From NCBI GenBank assembly GCA_963695095.1, contig CAVOFT010000001.1, positions 1,344,001 to 1,408,000 on the forward strand: a stretch of DNA of 64,000 nucleotides. The letters run 5' to 3'. The position numbers were made by a program, and so were the translations under genes. The stretch is from an uncultured bacterium. GTDB taxonomy: Bacteria > Krumholzibacteriota > Krumholzibacteriia > JACNKJ01. This document shows, in pieces, positions 22,325 through 32,569 of the stretch. The number at the start of each line of letters is the position of its first letter. Within the stretch, counting starts at the first letter, position 1. A model generated the notes under the pieces. It saw nothing but the letters and a program-made list of their open reading frames with translations, searched no databases and had not been told where the DNA came from.

Positions 22325-24621
22325 GCCGATCCGCGGCCCGCAGTGGCGAGAGCGCCGAGCGCCGCCGCCGGCCCGCCCGGCTGGCGAGGCTGATCAACCT
22401 GTTCTCCGGCCTCACGCTGTTCGCAGGGATCGTGTTGCTCTATCCGCCGGTGCAGCGGGCGCCGCACTACGAGTACAAGCTGGGCGACGTCACCCAGAGC
22501 GGCGAGGACATCATCTCGCCCATCGACTTCCCGCTGCCGGTCAAACCCGCCGTGTTGGCCGAGCGCCGGGCGGCGGCGTCTCTCCAGGTGCCGTCCTTCT
22601 ATCGCCTGGACACCGCGGTTGCCCGCCAGCTCGGACAGAAGCTGGAACAGCTGCGCGTCGATGTGCTCGCCGTCCAGCCGCAGGCGGGTCGGGAGCCGGC
22701 CATGAGCCACCTCCTCGATCTGCACCCCGAGCTGGAGCGCGGGGCGCTGGCGACCTTGCTCGCCGGCCGGCACCCCGAGCGCTTGCTCGCGGCCGTGGTC
22801 CAGGTGGTGGACAGCCTGCTCAGCGCCGGCGTCCTCGATTTTCGCGCGGCGCCGGTCGCCGGGCGCGAGGGCGTGCCGCAACTCATTCTCATCAGCCCCG
22901 GCGGCGAACGACAGCTCGACGCCGACCAGGTCGTCGATCAGGACAGCCTCGCCCGCGTGCTGGCGGCGCGCGCCCAGGCCTATGTCAACTGGAGCGCCGC
23001 CGAGCGCGCAGCCTACATCTCGCTCGCGCGCGCCCATCTGCGCCCGAACTGCTTCAGCGACGCCACCGAGACCGAGCTGCGCAAGCGCGCCGTCGCGGAT
23101 GCCGTTCCCGTCAACGAGATCGTGCGCAAGGGCGTGCGCATCCTCGGGCCCAACGTGCAGGTGACGCAGGAGCATCTCGATCGCCTGGCCGCCCTGGAGG
23201 CCGCCCTCGGCAAGGAGGGGCATAGCCGCGGGCGCGCGACCGTGCTCTATGCGGGGCAGGCCCTGCTGCTGCTCTTCACCATCCTGCTCATGCTGCGGGT
23301 CCTGCTCATCTACCGGCGCGACTTCTTCGTCGATCCGCGGCGGACGGTGCTCCTCGCCTTGTTGCTGCTCATCTTCCTGGCGGCGAGCAAGCTGGTGCTG
23401 CCCCTGGAGCCGGGCGGCGCCTACCTGGTCCCCATCACCTTCGTCGCCATGCTGGTCGCCGGCCTCTACGACGAGAGCCTGGCCCTGCTCGTCACGGTCT
23501 TCGCCCTCGTGCTGCTGGGCATCACGGCGCAGCCGCCGCCGGCGGCCATCCTGGTCGGGCTGCTGGCGGGCGGTGCGGCCATCTTCTCCATTCGCCAGCT
23601 GCGCAGCCGCCTGCAGCTGTACCGCAGCGTGCTCTACATCGTGCTGGCCTATCTGCTCGGCATCGCCGCCGTGCATCTGGCCAAGGGGCAGGCGGGCGGC
23701 ATCTTGCCGGAGACCCTGCGCGGCATGGCCAACGGGCTCGTCTGCGCCTGGTTGGTGATGCCCATCCTCCCCCTGCTCGAGCGCTTCTTCGACCTCACCA
23801 CCGACTTCACGCTGCTCGAGCTGACGGATCTGAACCGCCCCATCCTCAAGCGGATGAAGGTGGAGGCGCCGGGCACCTTCCAGCACAGCCTCGCCGTCAG
23901 CAACCTGGCCGAGGCGGCCGCGGACGCCATCGGCGCCAACCCGCTGCTGGCCAAGGTCTGCGCCTACTACCACGACATCGGCAAGCTGGCGAAGCCCGAC
24001 TACTTCGTGGAGAACATCCACGGCTTCAAGAACCGGCACGAGAAGCTGACCCCGAACATGAGCGCGCTGATCATCGGCGACCACGTCAAGCGCGGCCTCG
24101 ACCTGGCCGAGCAGATCAAGCTGCCGAGCATCGTTCGCCGGGGCATCCCCGAGCACCACGGCACCACCGTCATGCGCTTCTTCTACCAGAAGGCGCTGGA
24201 GCAGGACGCGCACGGTCAGGTCACCGAGGACGACTTCCGCTACCCGGGCCCGAAGCCGCAGTCGGCCGAGACGGCGATTCTCATGCTGGCCGACTCGGTC
24301 GAGGCCACCGCGCGGACGATCGCCGAGCCCAATACGGCCGCCATCCGCGCTGTCGTCACCGGTGCCATCGACACCCGCCTGCGCGAGGGGCAGCTCGAGG
24401 AGTGCGGCCTGAGCATCCGCGACCTGGCGCGCATCCGGGAGAGCTTCGTCACCACCCTGCTCAGCATCTACCATCCGCGCATCAAGTACCCCGGGGAGAA
24501 GGGCGACGGTCGCGCCCAGACGCTGGGCGCGGGCAGCGCCGATGCGCCGCCGGCGGAGCCGACCCAGGAGGCGCATGCGGCTGAGGATCGCGACGAACCC
24601 GAACTTCCCGACGGTCGCTGA
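22321..24621 (+). CDS. 7TM-HD (HDIG) phosphohydrolase, PgpH-like
   Basis: Extracellular domain, seven hydrophobic segments, APGTFQHS, YYHDIGK, EHHGT, YPGPKP and LADSVEA. Confidence 0.9.
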   Translation: MSRSAARSGESAERRRRPARLARLINLFSGLTLFAGIVLLYPPVQRAPHYEYKLGDVTQSGEDIISPIDFPLPVKPAVLAERRAAASLQVPSFYRLDTAVARQLGQKLEQLRVDVLAVQPQAGREPAMSHLLDLHPELERGALATLLAGRHPERLLAAVVQVVDSLLSAGVLDFRAAPVAGREGVPQLILISPGGERQLDADQVVDQDSLARVLAARAQAYVNWSAAERAAYISLARAHLRPNCFSDATETELRKRAVADAVPVNEIVRKGVRILGPNVQVTQEHLDRLAALEAALGKEGHSRGRATVLYAGQALLLLFTILLMLRVLLIYRRDFFVDPRRTVLLALLLLIFLAASKLVLPLEPGGAYLVPITFVAMLVAGLYDESLALLVTVFALVLLGITAQPPPAAILVGLLAGGAAIFSIRQLRSRLQLYRSVLYIVLAYLLGIAAVHLAKGQAGGILPETLRGMANGLVCAWLVMPILPLLERFFDLTTDFTLLELTDLNRPILKRMKVEAPGTFQHSLAVSNLAEAAADAIGANPLLAKVCAYYHDIGKLAKPDYFVENIHGFKNRHEKLTPNMSALIIGDHVKRGLDLAEQIKLPSIVRRGIPEHHGTTVMRFFYQKALEQDAHGQVTEDDFRYPGPKPQSAETAILMLADSVEATARTIAEPNTAAIRAVVTGAIDTRLREGQLEECGLSIRDLARIRESFVTTLLSIYHPRIKYPGEKGDGRAQTLGAGSADAPPAEPTQEAHAAEDRDEPELPDGR

Positions 24622-25048
24622 CGCCGACTCGGATTGGCTCGGCTTGCTCGCCGACCTGGCCGGCGAGCTGGGTCCGGCCGCGCGCTGGGTGGAGCTCAGC
24701 TTCATCGACGACGAGCAGATGCGCCGTCTCAACCGCGACTGGCGCGGCAAGGATGCGCCGACGGATGTCCTCAGCTTCAGCTACGGAGACGAGGGCTGGG
24801 GCAGCCTGCCCGCGGCGGAGGATCCCGAGGGCGAAATCCTGATCAGCTTGGACACGGCCGCTCGCCAGGCGGCGGCGGCCGGCCACAGCCTGCCCGAGGA
24901 AGTATTGATACTGGCAATCCACGGCCTCTGCCATATACTCGGCATGGATCACGAGGAAGAGGCGGCGGCAGCGGCAATGGCCGCCGTGGAAGCTCCCTAT
25001 CGCCGCCGCATCGCCGCCTACTTCAAGTCCCGGAACCCGAGGAGCTGA
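24575..25048 (+). CDS. ybeY: rRNA maturation endoribonuclease YbeY
   Basis: LNRDWRGKDAPTDVLSF and HGLCHILGMDH. Confidence 0.93.
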   Translation: MRLRIATNPNFPTVADADSDWLGLLADLAGELGPAARWVELSFIDDEQMRRLNRDWRGKDAPTDVLSFSYGDEGWGSLPAAEDPEGEILISLDTAARQAAAAGHSLPEEVLILAIHGLCHILGMDHEEEAAAAAMAAVEAPYRRRIAAYFKSRNPRS

Positions 25049-25052
25049 GGTC

Positions 25053-26378
25053 GTGGACGGCATTCTGATCGGATTCCTGCTGGCGCTGGGCGCGACGGGC
25101 CTGCTCTCGGCGGCGGGCGCGGCCTTCACCACGCTGTTGCGCGTGGAGCCCCAGGCCTTCGAGGGCGAGCACCGCGGCGTGCTCGCCCGCATCCACGAGC
25201 ACTGGCCCGCCCAGCTCGCGCTGACCCTGCTCCTCTTTCCTTTCCTGGCCATGGCAGCCAGCCTCGTGCTGGGCGCTCTGCACCTGTCCGCGCTGATCGA
25301 ATCCTCGGCGGGTGCGCTCACGGGATCTCGTCTGCTCGCGGTCTGGTTGGGCCTGGCTGCGGTCGTCCTGCTCGCCGTCAGCATCTTCCGCGCCCTGGGT
25401 ACGCGCTATCCGGGCACCTTGACCCGGCTGCTCGGCTGGATCTTCGTCCCGACCTTCTTTCTGCTCTACCCTCTCGACGCCCTCTTCGGCCCTCTGCTCG
25501 CTCGGCTGCGCCTCGGCGAGGGACTCGAATCGTTGGGGCCGCTGGTCTCGGCCCGCGACGTGCAGGACTTCGTCGAGCACACGGGCGGCGAGGACATCCT
25601 CGCCGAGGGCGAACGGGAGATGATCGCCTCCATCGTGGAATTGCGCGACACGCCGGTGCGCGAGGTGATGATTCCCCGCATCGATGTCAAGGCGCTGGAC
25701 GTGGACACGCCCTTCGCCGAGGCGAAGGCATTCGTGGCCCACTGCGGCCACAGTCGCATCCCCGTCTACAAGGACTCGCCGGACCACGTGCTCGGCATCC
25801 TCTACGCAAAAGATCTGCTCAGGCTCGAGCAAGCGCAGGAAGGGCAGGTCAAGCCCGTCGTCTCGCCCTTGATGACGCTCATGCGCCGGCCCTACTTCGT
25901 GCCCGAGACGAAGATGGCCGGCAACCTGCTGCGGCGCTTCCAGTCCCTGCGCCAGCATCTCGCCATCGTGGTCGACGAGTACGGCGGCACGGCGGGCATC
26001 GTCACTCTCGAGGACCTGCTCGAGGAGATCGTCGGCGAGATTCGCGATGAATACGACCGCGACGAAAGCCTCTTCGAGTTGATCGATTCCCGTTCGGCCC
26101 GCGTCGACGCCAAGATCGACCTCGAAGAGCTGGGGGAGATCGTCGGCCACACCTTCGTCGAGAGCGAGGAGGATTTCGAGAGCCTGGGCGGCTTGCTGCT
26201 CTATCACTCCGGCCGCATCCTGAAACCCGGCGACGAGCTGACCTTGGATCCCTTCACCTTCCGCGTCGAGAGCGTGCAGCGCCAGCGCATCACGAAGGTG
26301 ATCATGATCCGCGAGGGCCTCGCCGAAGCCGTGCGCGAACGGGGCAAGGCCGGGGCGGCGGGAGGGGACGCCCGATGA
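25053..26378 (+). CDS. Hemolysin-family CNNM/CBS/CorC transporter-associated protein
   Basis: N-terminal TM region, [40 protein letters not shown] and a CorC C-terminal domain. Confidence 0.9.
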   Translation: MDGILIGFLLALGATGLLSAAGAAFTTLLRVEPQAFEGEHRGVLARIHEHWPAQLALTLLLFPFLAMAASLVLGALHLSALIESSAGALTGSRLLAVWLGLAAVVLLAVSIFRALGTRYPGTLTRLLGWIFVPTFFLLYPLDALFGPLLARLRLGEGLESLGPLVSARDVQDFVEHTGGEDILAEGEREMIASIVELRDTPVREVMIPRIDVKALDVDTPFAEAKAFVAHCGHSRIPVYKDSPDHVLGILYAKDLLRLEQAQEGQVKPVVSPLMTLMRRPYFVPETKMAGNLLRRFQSLRQHLAIVVDEYGGTAGIVTLEDLLEEIVGEIRDEYDRDESLFELIDSRSARVDAKIDLEELGEIVGHTFVESEEDFESLGGLLLYHSGRILKPGDELTLDPFTFRVESVQRQRITKVIMIREGLAEAVRERGKAGAAGGDAR

Positions 26379-26996
26379 AGCGGCTGCGTCGCTACCTGCT
26401 CACGGGCATCGTCGTCACGCTGCCCAGCCTGGTCACGGTCTGGCTGCTCTACAAGATCGTGGCCGCGGTGGACAACATCCTCGATCCCATCCAGAACCGG
26501 ATTTTCGGCTTCGACATTCCGGGCCTCGGCTTCACCGTCGTGCTGCTCCTGCTCCTCGCGGCCGGCGCCGTGGGCGGCAACTACCTGGGCCGCAAGCTCG
26601 TCGGGCTCTACCATATGCTCGTCGTGCGCGTGCCGCTGGCAGGGAAGATCTACCGCGCCGTCCAGCAGATCCTCGACGTCTTCCTGCGCGACAACACGGA
26701 GTCCTTCAAGAGCGTCGTTAGCCTTCGAGTATCCGCGGCCGGGGATCTGGGTACTCGGCTTCGTTTCCGGCTCCACGCCGGCGGCGTGGACGAGCGCGGC
26801 GCCCGGCGAGCGCCTGCTCAACGTGTTCGTTCCCACCAGCCCCAATCCGACTTCCGGTTTCATGCTCCTCGTGCCCGAGCGCGACCTGCGCATCGTCGCC
26901 CTGAGCGTGGAAGATGCGATCAAGGTCATCATCAGCGGTGGCGCCTACGTGCCCGGGGCGGCCTTGGGGTCCGCGCTCCCGCCGAGCCGGCCGTGA
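26375..26996 (+). CDS. DUF502 membrane protein with one +1 frameshift near 26719
   Basis: Frame 1 ends ...FKSVV; after an extra base the frame continues AFEYPRPGIWVLGF...VFVPTSPNPTSGF...VEDAIKVIISGG (DUF502 signature) to TGA at 26994-26996. Confidence 0.85.
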
Positions 26997-28345
26997 CCGA
27001 GTCCCGCGCGCAGCTCCTCGACCGCCTGGAGGGATTGCTGGCGTCCGGTCGCGCCGCCGAGCTGGCGACCCTGCTCGGCCAGCTGCCGTCCGAGGACCTC
27101 GAAGAACTCTTCATCGAGCTGGACAGCGAGCAGCGCCAGGCCGTCCTGCGCTTGCTGGCGCCGGCCGCCGCCGCCGAACTGCTCGGCGGGGCCGACGAGG
27201 ATATCCAGGAGGAACTGGCCGACGCGCTCAGCGAAGCCGAGCTGGCCGAGATCGTCGAGGAGATGGACTCCGACGAGGCCGCCGACACCATCCGCCACCT
27301 CGAGCCCGAAGAGCAGGAGCGCGTCTTCGACCTGCTCGCGGAGGATACCGAGTCCGAGGTGCGCGGCCTCCTGCAGCACGATGAGGACACCGCCGGCGAC
27401 CTGATGATGGCGGAGCTGGCGGCCATCAACGAGAACGCCCTCGTCGCCGAGGCCATCGAGGAACTGCGCGCCAAGGCCGGTGAGATCAGGGAGCTCTACT
27501 CCATCTATCTCGTCGACGACGCCATGCGCCTGCGCGGCGTGCTCAGCCTGCGCGACCTCGTCGTCGCCCGGCCCGGCATGCCGCTCAAGGCGCTCATGGA
27601 GCCGGTGCCGGTGACCGTTGCGCCCGCGATGGACCAGGAGGACGTGGCCGCGCTCTTTCGCAAGTACGACCTGGTCTCGGCGCCGGTCGTGGACGCCAGC
27701 GGCGTCCTCGTCGGCCGCATCACCGTGGACGACGTGATGGACGTTCTCGCCGAGGAGGCCTGGGAGGACGCCTCCCGCTTCGCCGGCGTGGACACGCTCT
27801 CCGTCCGCGCCCGCAATCTGTTCCGGATCAGCGCGGGCCGCCTGCCCTGGCTGATCCTCGGCCTCGGCGGCGGCCTGCTCTCGGCGCGCATCCTCGCCCA
27901 TTTCCAGCTGGCGCTCAGCCAGGTGCTCACCCTGGCCTTCTTCGTCCCCGTGATCACGGCCCTCGGCGGGAACATCGGCATCCAGTCCTCGACGCTCGTC
28001 GTGCGCGGCCTGGCCACCGGCGAGATCCAGCCCAGCGGCCTGCCCCTGCGGATGCTCCGGGAGCTGGGCGTGTCCGTGCTCAACGGGGTGATCATCGGCT
28101 TGCTCTCCCTGCTCGTGGTCTGGCTCTGGCTGGGCGACCTCGGCCTTGGCGTCGTGGTCGCGCTCTCCATGCTGAGCGTGGTCATCTGGGCCACCACGAC
28201 GGGCACCCTGGTGCCGGTGCTCCTGGAGCGCTTCGGCGTCGATCCCGCCTACGCCACGGGGCCCTTCGTCACCACCACGAACGACATCGTGGATCTGACC
28301 ATCTACATGCTGGTCGCCACCCAGCTCCGCTTCCTGCTGGTCTAG
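26993..28345 (+). CDS. mgtE: Magnesium transporter MgtE
   Basis: [19 protein letters not shown] pair, [13 protein letters not shown] and [19 protein letters not shown] overlap with the DUF502 stop. Confidence 0.93.
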   Translation: MTESRAQLLDRLEGLLASGRAAELATLLGQLPSEDLEELFIELDSEQRQAVLRLLAPAAAAELLGGADEDIQEELADALSEAELAEIVEEMDSDEAADTIRHLEPEEQERVFDLLAEDTESEVRGLLQHDEDTAGDLMMAELAAINENALVAEAIEELRAKAGEIRELYSIYLVDDAMRLRGVLSLRDLVVARPGMPLKALMEPVPVTVAPAMDQEDVAALFRKYDLVSAPVVDASGVLVGRITVDDVMDVLAEEAWEDASRFAGVDTLSVRARNLFRISAGRLPWLILGLGGGLLSARILAHFQLALSQVLTLAFFVPVITALGGNIGIQSSTLVVRGLATGEIQPSGLPLRMLRELGVSVLNGVIIGLLSLLVVWLWLGDLGLGVVVALSMLSVVIWATTTGTLVPVLLERFGVDPAYATGPFVTTTNDIVDLTIYMLVATQLRFLLV

Positions 28346-28347
28346 CC

Positions 28348-29139
28348 ATGAGCCTCATCGCCAGCCGGGCGCGCGTCCTGCGCACCTACGCCCTCGGCGA
28401 GACGAGCCTGATCGCCGTGCTGCTCACCGAGGAGGCGGGCTTGCTGCGGGCGGTGGCCAAGGGCGCCCGCGAGCTGAAGAGCCGCCTGCGCGGGCTGCTC
28501 GAGCCGGGCGCCGGCCTCTCGGTGCAGGTCTATCTGAAGCCGCGCGGGGGCCTGCACCTGCTGCGCGAGGCAGCCGGCCGCGGCGCTCAAGCGCGGGCGG
28601 TCGCCGGGCTCGCCTCGCTCTGCCTGCGCCTGGCGGCGCTGGAGCTGGTCATGGCCACCACGGAGGAAGGCGAGGCGATGGCCGGCCTCTTTCCGCTCCT
28701 CGAGGACTTCCTGGCCCTCTACGAAGGCGAAGCGCCGCCGGACCCGGGCTGGGCCGCCTTCTTCGCCTTCGAGGCCGGGCTGCTCGGGCTCCACGGCCTG
28801 GCGGCGGACGAGAGCCTGCTGCGCTGCAGCCAGTGCGGCGCGCAATTGACGGCGGCCGACACCTGCTTCCTGCCGGGCGAGGGTCTCTTCGCCTGCGCGC
28901 GCCACGGCGCCGAGGGAATGGCGCTTGCGCCCGAGGAAAGGGACTGGTTATTGTCGATCGTCCTCGCGCGTCCCGCCGCGCTCGGCGAGCGGGAGCCGCC
29001 GGAGGCCGTGCGCGCCTGCGTCGGGCGCGTGCTGCATCTCGCCCTCAGCCGCCATCTGCCCGGCTACAAGGCGCCGCGCTCGCTCGCGCTGCTGGCGAGC
29101 GCCCGGCGAGCGGGCGCGGACCCCAAGGAGCGTCCATGA
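28348..29139 (+). CDS. recO: DNA repair protein RecO
   Basis: VLR....ET..I..LLTEE.G....VAKGAR OB-fold, a CxxC...CxxH zinc finger, and position before glyQ. Confidence 0.85.
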   Translation: MSLIASRARVLRTYALGETSLIAVLLTEEAGLLRAVAKGARELKSRLRGLLEPGAGLSVQVYLKPRGGLHLLREAAGRGAQARAVAGLASLCLRLAALELVMATTEEGEAMAGLFPLLEDFLALYEGEAPPDPGWAAFFAFEAGLLGLHGLAADESLLRCSQCGAQLTAADTCFLPGEGLFACARHGAEGMALAPEERDWLLSIVLARPAALGEREPPEAVRACVGRVLHLALSRHLPGYKAPRSLALLASARRAGADPKERP

Positions 29140-30026
29140 CCTACCAGGACATGATCCTGCGCCTGGCCCAGTTCTGGTCCGCGCAGGGCTGCGCCCTGCT
29201 GCAGCCCTACAACTCCGAAGTCGGCGCCGGCACCTTCAACCCGGCCACCTTCCTGCGCGTGCTGGGTCCCGAGCCCTGGCGGGCCGCCTACGTCGAGCCC
29301 AGCCGCCGGCCCAAGGACGGCCGTTACGGCGAGAATCCGAACCGGGTGCAGCAGTTCCTCCAGTACCAGGTGGTGCTCAAGCCCGAGCCGCCGGACGTGC
29401 AAGACCTCTATCTGGCCAGTCTCGCCCACATCGGCGTCGACCTCGACCGCCACGAGATCCGCTTCGTCGAGGACGACTGGGAAAGCCCCACCCTGGGCGC
29501 CGCCGGCCTGGGCTGGGAGGTCTGGCTGGACGGCATGGAGATCACGCAGTTCACCTACTTCCAGTCGGTGGGGGGCTACGAGCTGAAGCCGATCACCGCC
29601 GAGCTGACCTACGGCTTGCTGCGCATCGCCATGTACCTGCAGGGCGTGGACCACGTGATGAACCTCGACTGGGGCGGCGGCCTCAGCTGGGGCGACGTCA
29701 ACGGCGCCTTCGAGCGGGACTTCTCCGCCTTCAACTTCGAGCACGCCGACGTGCCGCTGCACTTCGAGCTCTTCACCCGCTTCGAGGCCGAGGCCCTGCG
29801 CCTGCTCGAGGCCGGCCTCGTCGCGCCGGGCTACGACTACGTCATCAAGTGCTCGCACGTGTTCAATGTCCTGGAGGCGCGCGGCGCGATCAGCGTCTCC
29901 GAGCGCACGGGCTACATCACCCGCGTGCGGAACCTGGCGCGGCGCGCGGCCACGGCCTACCTGGCCCAGCGGGAAGCGCTGGGCTTTCCCCTGCTGGCGC
30001 GGGCGAGGGAGGGACGCGATGCCTAG
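29136..30026 (+). CDS. glyQ: Glycine--tRNA ligase alpha subunit
   Basis: [39 protein letters not shown] and [11 protein letters not shown]. Confidence 0.97.
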   Translation: MTYQDMILRLAQFWSAQGCALLQPYNSEVGAGTFNPATFLRVLGPEPWRAAYVEPSRRPKDGRYGENPNRVQQFLQYQVVLKPEPPDVQDLYLASLAHIGVDLDRHEIRFVEDDWESPTLGAAGLGWEVWLDGMEITQFTYFQSVGGYELKPITAELTYGLLRIAMYLQGVDHVMNLDWGGGLSWGDVNGAFERDFSAFNFEHADVPLHFELFTRFEAEALRLLEAGLVAPGYDYVIKCSHVFNVLEARGAISVSERTGYITRVRNLARRAATAYLAQREALGFPLLARAREGRDA

Positions 30027-32187
30027 GGTGGATTTCCTGCTCGAGATCGGCTGCGAGGAGATTCCGGTCGGCTACATCGAGCCCGCGCTCGCGCAGCTCG
30101 CCGAGGGGCTCGGTGCCTACCTTGCCGCCGCGAAGCTGGGCCACGAGCCCATCCAGCGCTTCGCCACGGCCCGCCGGCTGGCGCTGCTGGTGCCGGCGCT
30201 CGAGAGCGAGCAGGCCGACCGCGAGGAGGAACTGACGGGCCCGCCCGTGGCAGCGGCCTTCAAGGACGGCCAGCCGACCCCGGCCGCCCTCGGCTTCGCC
30301 AGGAGCCAGGGCGTGGCGCTCGAGGCCCTGCACACCCTGGAGACGCCCCGCGGCAGCTATCTCGCCCTGCACCGCCGCGTGCCGGGCCGCCAGGCCGCCG
30401 CGCTGCTCGCGGCCGATCTGCCGGCGCTCATCCTCGGCCTGCGCTTCCCCAAGACGATGACCTGGGGCGACGGCAGCCTGCGCTTCGCCCGCCCCATCCG
30501 CTGGCTGGTGGCGCTCCACGGCGAGGAGATCCTGCCGCTCAGCCTGGGTCCGCTGCGCGCGGGGCGCAGGAGCGCCGGCCGCCGGCAGTCGGGGACGGCG
30601 GCCATCGACATCCTGCGAGCCGCAACCTATGCCGAGAGCCTGCGCGCCGCCGGTGTCGAGCCCGAGCCGCAGCGCCGGCGCGCGCAGGTGCTCGCCGCCG
30701 CGCGCGCCTGTGCCGCCGAGCAGGGCGGGCGGCTCGTGGAGGACGCGGAGCTCGCGGACACCGTCAACTACCTGAGCGAGTGGCCCGTGGCGCTGGCGGG
30801 CGCCTTCGACCCGGCACTGCTGACCCTGCCGCGGGCCGTGGTGACGACGGCCATGAAGGCCCATCAGCGCTACTTCTCCGTGGAGTCCGCCACGGGGGCG
30901 CTCTCGCCGGCCTTCGTCGTCATCCTCAACGGGGAGCGGCCGGAGCCCGCCGAGCTGCGCCGGGGCAACGAGCGCGTCCTGGCCGCCCGCCTCGCCGACG
31001 CGCGCTTCTACTGGGAGGAGGACCGCCGGACTGGCCTGGCGGGTCTGCGCGAGCGCCTGCGCACGGTGCTCTGGATCGAGGGCTTCGGCAGCCTCGCCGA
31101 GCGCGGCGAGCGCTTGCGCGCGCTGGCGGGGCGCCTGGCTGCAGCCTTGCCGGACTTGCAGCTGGACCGCGAAGCGCTCGACTGGGCCGCCCTGCACTGC
31201 AAGGCCGACCTGGCCAGCGAGATGATCAAGGACGGCAAGGAATTCACCAAGCTCCAGGGTTTGATGGGGCGCGAGTACGCCCTGGCCGAAGGCGTGCCCG
31301 CCGCCCGGGCGTCCCTGCTCTACGAGCACGTCCTGCCGCGCCAGGCGGGGGACGCCCTGCCCCCCTCGCTGGAGGGCAGCCTGCTCGCGCTGGCCGACCG
31401 TCTGGACGCCATTGCCGGCTTCTGGCTCGCCGGCTTCGCGCCCACCGGCTCCAAGGATCCCTACGCCCTGCGCCGGCAGGCCCTCGCCTGCCTGCGCCTG
31501 CTGCTGGAGAAGTCCCTGCCCCTTTGCCTCGGCGAACTGCTGGATGCGGCACTGGCCGCCTATCCGCAGGCGAAGCCGGGCGAGCTGCGGCCCGCCCTGC
31601 TGGAGTTCCTCCTGGGTCGCTTCGAAGGTCTCATGGAGGAAGCGGGGGTTGCCCCCGACATCTTCGACGCCGTGGTGGAGAGCGGCGAGACCCGCGTCCT
31701 GGACCTGCAGGCCAGGGCCCTGGCCTTGAACGCACTGCGGGGCGATGCCGCCTTCGAGCGGCTCGTGATCGGCGCTCGCCGGGTCGGCAACATCCTGGCC
31801 AAGGAGCAGGTGAGCCTGTCGACGGAGCGGGCCTACGCGGATCTGGAGTGCTGGGCCGCGGCGCGGGCGACCCTGCCCTACGGCTACGAGCCCGCCCGCA
31901 TCGTCGAGCCGGCCGAGCGGCAGCTGCACGCCGCCGTTGCCGCCGCGGCGCCCGCCCTGCTGGCCGAAGTCGGCGATCGCCGCTACGCCGAGGCCTATCG
32001 GCGCCTGGCCGGCCTCAGTGGCAGCATCGACGGCTATTTCGAAAGCGTGATGGTCAACAGCGAGGACGCCGCCCTGCGGGGAAATCGGCTGGCCTTCCTG
32101 CGCAATCTCGCCCAGCTCTTCCTACATCTCGCGAATTTCTCGCGCGTGGTCCTGGAGGGGGAGCGGGAGCCCCTCCCGGAGCGCTGA
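30019..32187 (+). CDS. glyS: Glycine--tRNA ligase beta subunit
   Basis: [42 protein letters not shown] and [12 protein letters not shown]. Confidence 0.95.
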   Translation: MPRVDFLLEIGCEEIPVGYIEPALAQLAEGLGAYLAAAKLGHEPIQRFATARRLALLVPALESEQADREEELTGPPVAAAFKDGQPTPAALGFARSQGVALEALHTLETPRGSYLALHRRVPGRQAAALLAADLPALILGLRFPKTMTWGDGSLRFARPIRWLVALHGEEILPLSLGPLRAGRRSAGRRQSGTAAIDILRAATYAESLRAAGVEPEPQRRRAQVLAAARACAAEQGGRLVEDAELADTVNYLSEWPVALAGAFDPALLTLPRAVVTTAMKAHQRYFSVESATGALSPAFVVILNGERPEPAELRRGNERVLAARLADARFYWEEDRRTGLAGLRERLRTVLWIEGFGSLAERGERLRALAGRLAAALPDLQLDREALDWAALHCKADLASEMIKDGKEFTKLQGLMGREYALAEGVPAARASLLYEHVLPRQAGDALPPSLEGSLLALADRLDAIAGFWLAGFAPTGSKDPYALRRQALACLRLLLEKSLPLCLGELLDAALAAYPQAKPGELRPALLEFLLGRFEGLMEEAGVAPDIFDAVVESGETRVLDLQARALALNALRGDAAFERLVIGARRVGNILAKEQVSLSTERAYADLECWAAARATLPYGYEPARIVEPAERQLHAAVAAAAPALLAEVGDRRYAEAYRRLAGLSGSIDGYFESVMVNSEDAALRGNRLAFLRNLAQLFLHLANFSRVVLEGEREPLPER

Positions 32188-32269
32188 GCCGGCCCATGCA
32201 CTTCTCCTGGGGACTGTCAAGGGCCTTTCGGGAATCGCATGCCCCACCCGGCTGTCATGCGGTCGTTAC

Positions 32270-32299
32270 TTGACTTCGCAAACCCCCAGCACGTAGACT
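32270..32299 (+). promoter_or_regulatory. Sigma70-type promoter of the exported-protein cluster
   Basis: TTGACT-N18-TAGACT, ~270 nt before the ATG at 32570. Confidence 0.7.
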
Positions 32300-32304
32300 A
32301 TTAG

Positions 32305-32569
32305 CACTCGGATTGGGTCTTCGTGTCTGGACCCCTCAAGCAGGTTGGGACTCGCCAAGTCTTCCCGATGCCTGACGAGCGGGTGCAGGGACTCCCGGAA
32401 CCGGTTGCGGCGATCCTGCGGTGCCGCGGCGATTCCGGGCGGGGGCCCCCGTCCCGGGTCCCAACGGTCTCGGGGGTGCGGAGTTCCAGCCTGAGTAGCC
32501 CCACGGGCCGGTCCGGATCCGGCTCGACTGATTCGTCTCGAAACAACCATTGCCTTAATGGGGGGTAAT
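32305..32569 (+). promoter_or_regulatory. Long, highly structured 5' leader (candidate cis-regulatory or stabilising RNA)
   Basis: Nested complementary segments: 32344-51/32458-65, 32388-92/32451-55, 32394-400/32433-39, 32315-19/32330-34 and 32505-11/32519-25. Confidence 0.45.

Noticed and set aside
26375..28345. Apparent DUF502-MgtE fusion
   Set aside because: The DUF502 C-terminal half is in another frame after one extra base; mgtE starts at its own GTG at 26993.
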